Assembly (NCBI RefSeq): GCF_004010195.1
Contig: NC_057759.1
Location: forward strand, 4,928,657-4,992,656
Direction of reading: 5' to 3'
DNA from: Chiloscyllium plagiosum
Taxonomy: Eukaryota
DNA: 64,000 bases
Below are positions 63,665-64,000 of the stretch, piece by piece. The position numbers and the translations under genes are program-made. The notes under the pieces were generated by a model. The model was not told the DNA's origin. It did not search any database and worked only from the letters and a program-made list of their open reading frames with translations. The first letter of the stretch is position 1. Every line of letters starts with the position of its first letter.

Positions 63665-64000
63665 CAATAGGGTCTGCAGATGCTAGAAGACAGCGTCAAA
63701 AATGTGAAGGTGGAAAAGCACAACAGGTCAGAGAACATCCGAGGAGCAAGAAGGGCAACTTTTTCGACTAAAATACTTTGTCGGGACTGAAAAGAGGGAG
63801 GAAAAACAGAAGTAGATAGATGGAAAGGGGTTGGGGTTGAGGGAAGGGTAGGTGGGATGGTGGTAGGTGGATGCACGTGGGGAGCTATTGTGATTGGTCA
63901 GTAGGAAGATGGACAGGTTAGGACAAGTCAGGGAGGCGTTGGAGGAGTGGCGATAGGGCTACACATGGAATAAAGCTGGAGAGGAGGCATTTTGAAGCTG
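63665..64000 (-). mobile_element. Penelope-like terminal repeat, runs off the window
   Basis: Similar to 26555-26900. Confidence 0.65.

Overview
Eukaryotic, repeat-rich DNA from a cartilaginous fish, most likely a shark. The evidence is many HE1-type V-SINEs, HER1/CR1 LINEs, Penelope-like elements and Gypsy LTR remnants. Nearly all of the supplied ORF track is TE debris or noise. Reading splice sites by hand reveals two divergently oriented Ig-superfamily receptor genes with Fc-receptor/FCRL-like architecture: a split leader (31 coding nt plus a 30-nt mini-exon) followed by phase-1 C2-type Ig exons. The minus-strand gene (ATG 7125; exons 7095-7212, 5604-5633, 1029-1274; continues off the left edge) is intact as far as it is visible. 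The plus-strand gene (45999-46029, 51935-51964, 54436-54710, 58604-58891) is a pseudogene with three lesions. Upstream of each gene, in the same orientation, lies one copy of an inverted ~0.7-kb paralogous block. It contains a short terminal exon (xEGKRQLQQDHQIIVDIP* / xVGNRQWQQDHHLIVGIP*) with a synonymous-substitution bias, from a gene I cannot identify. Other notable structures are minimal hammerhead-ribozyme motifs in Penelope termini, several fold-back palindromes, nested insertions and a mini Gypsy element. TE boundaries are approximate and family names come from recognition, not a database search.
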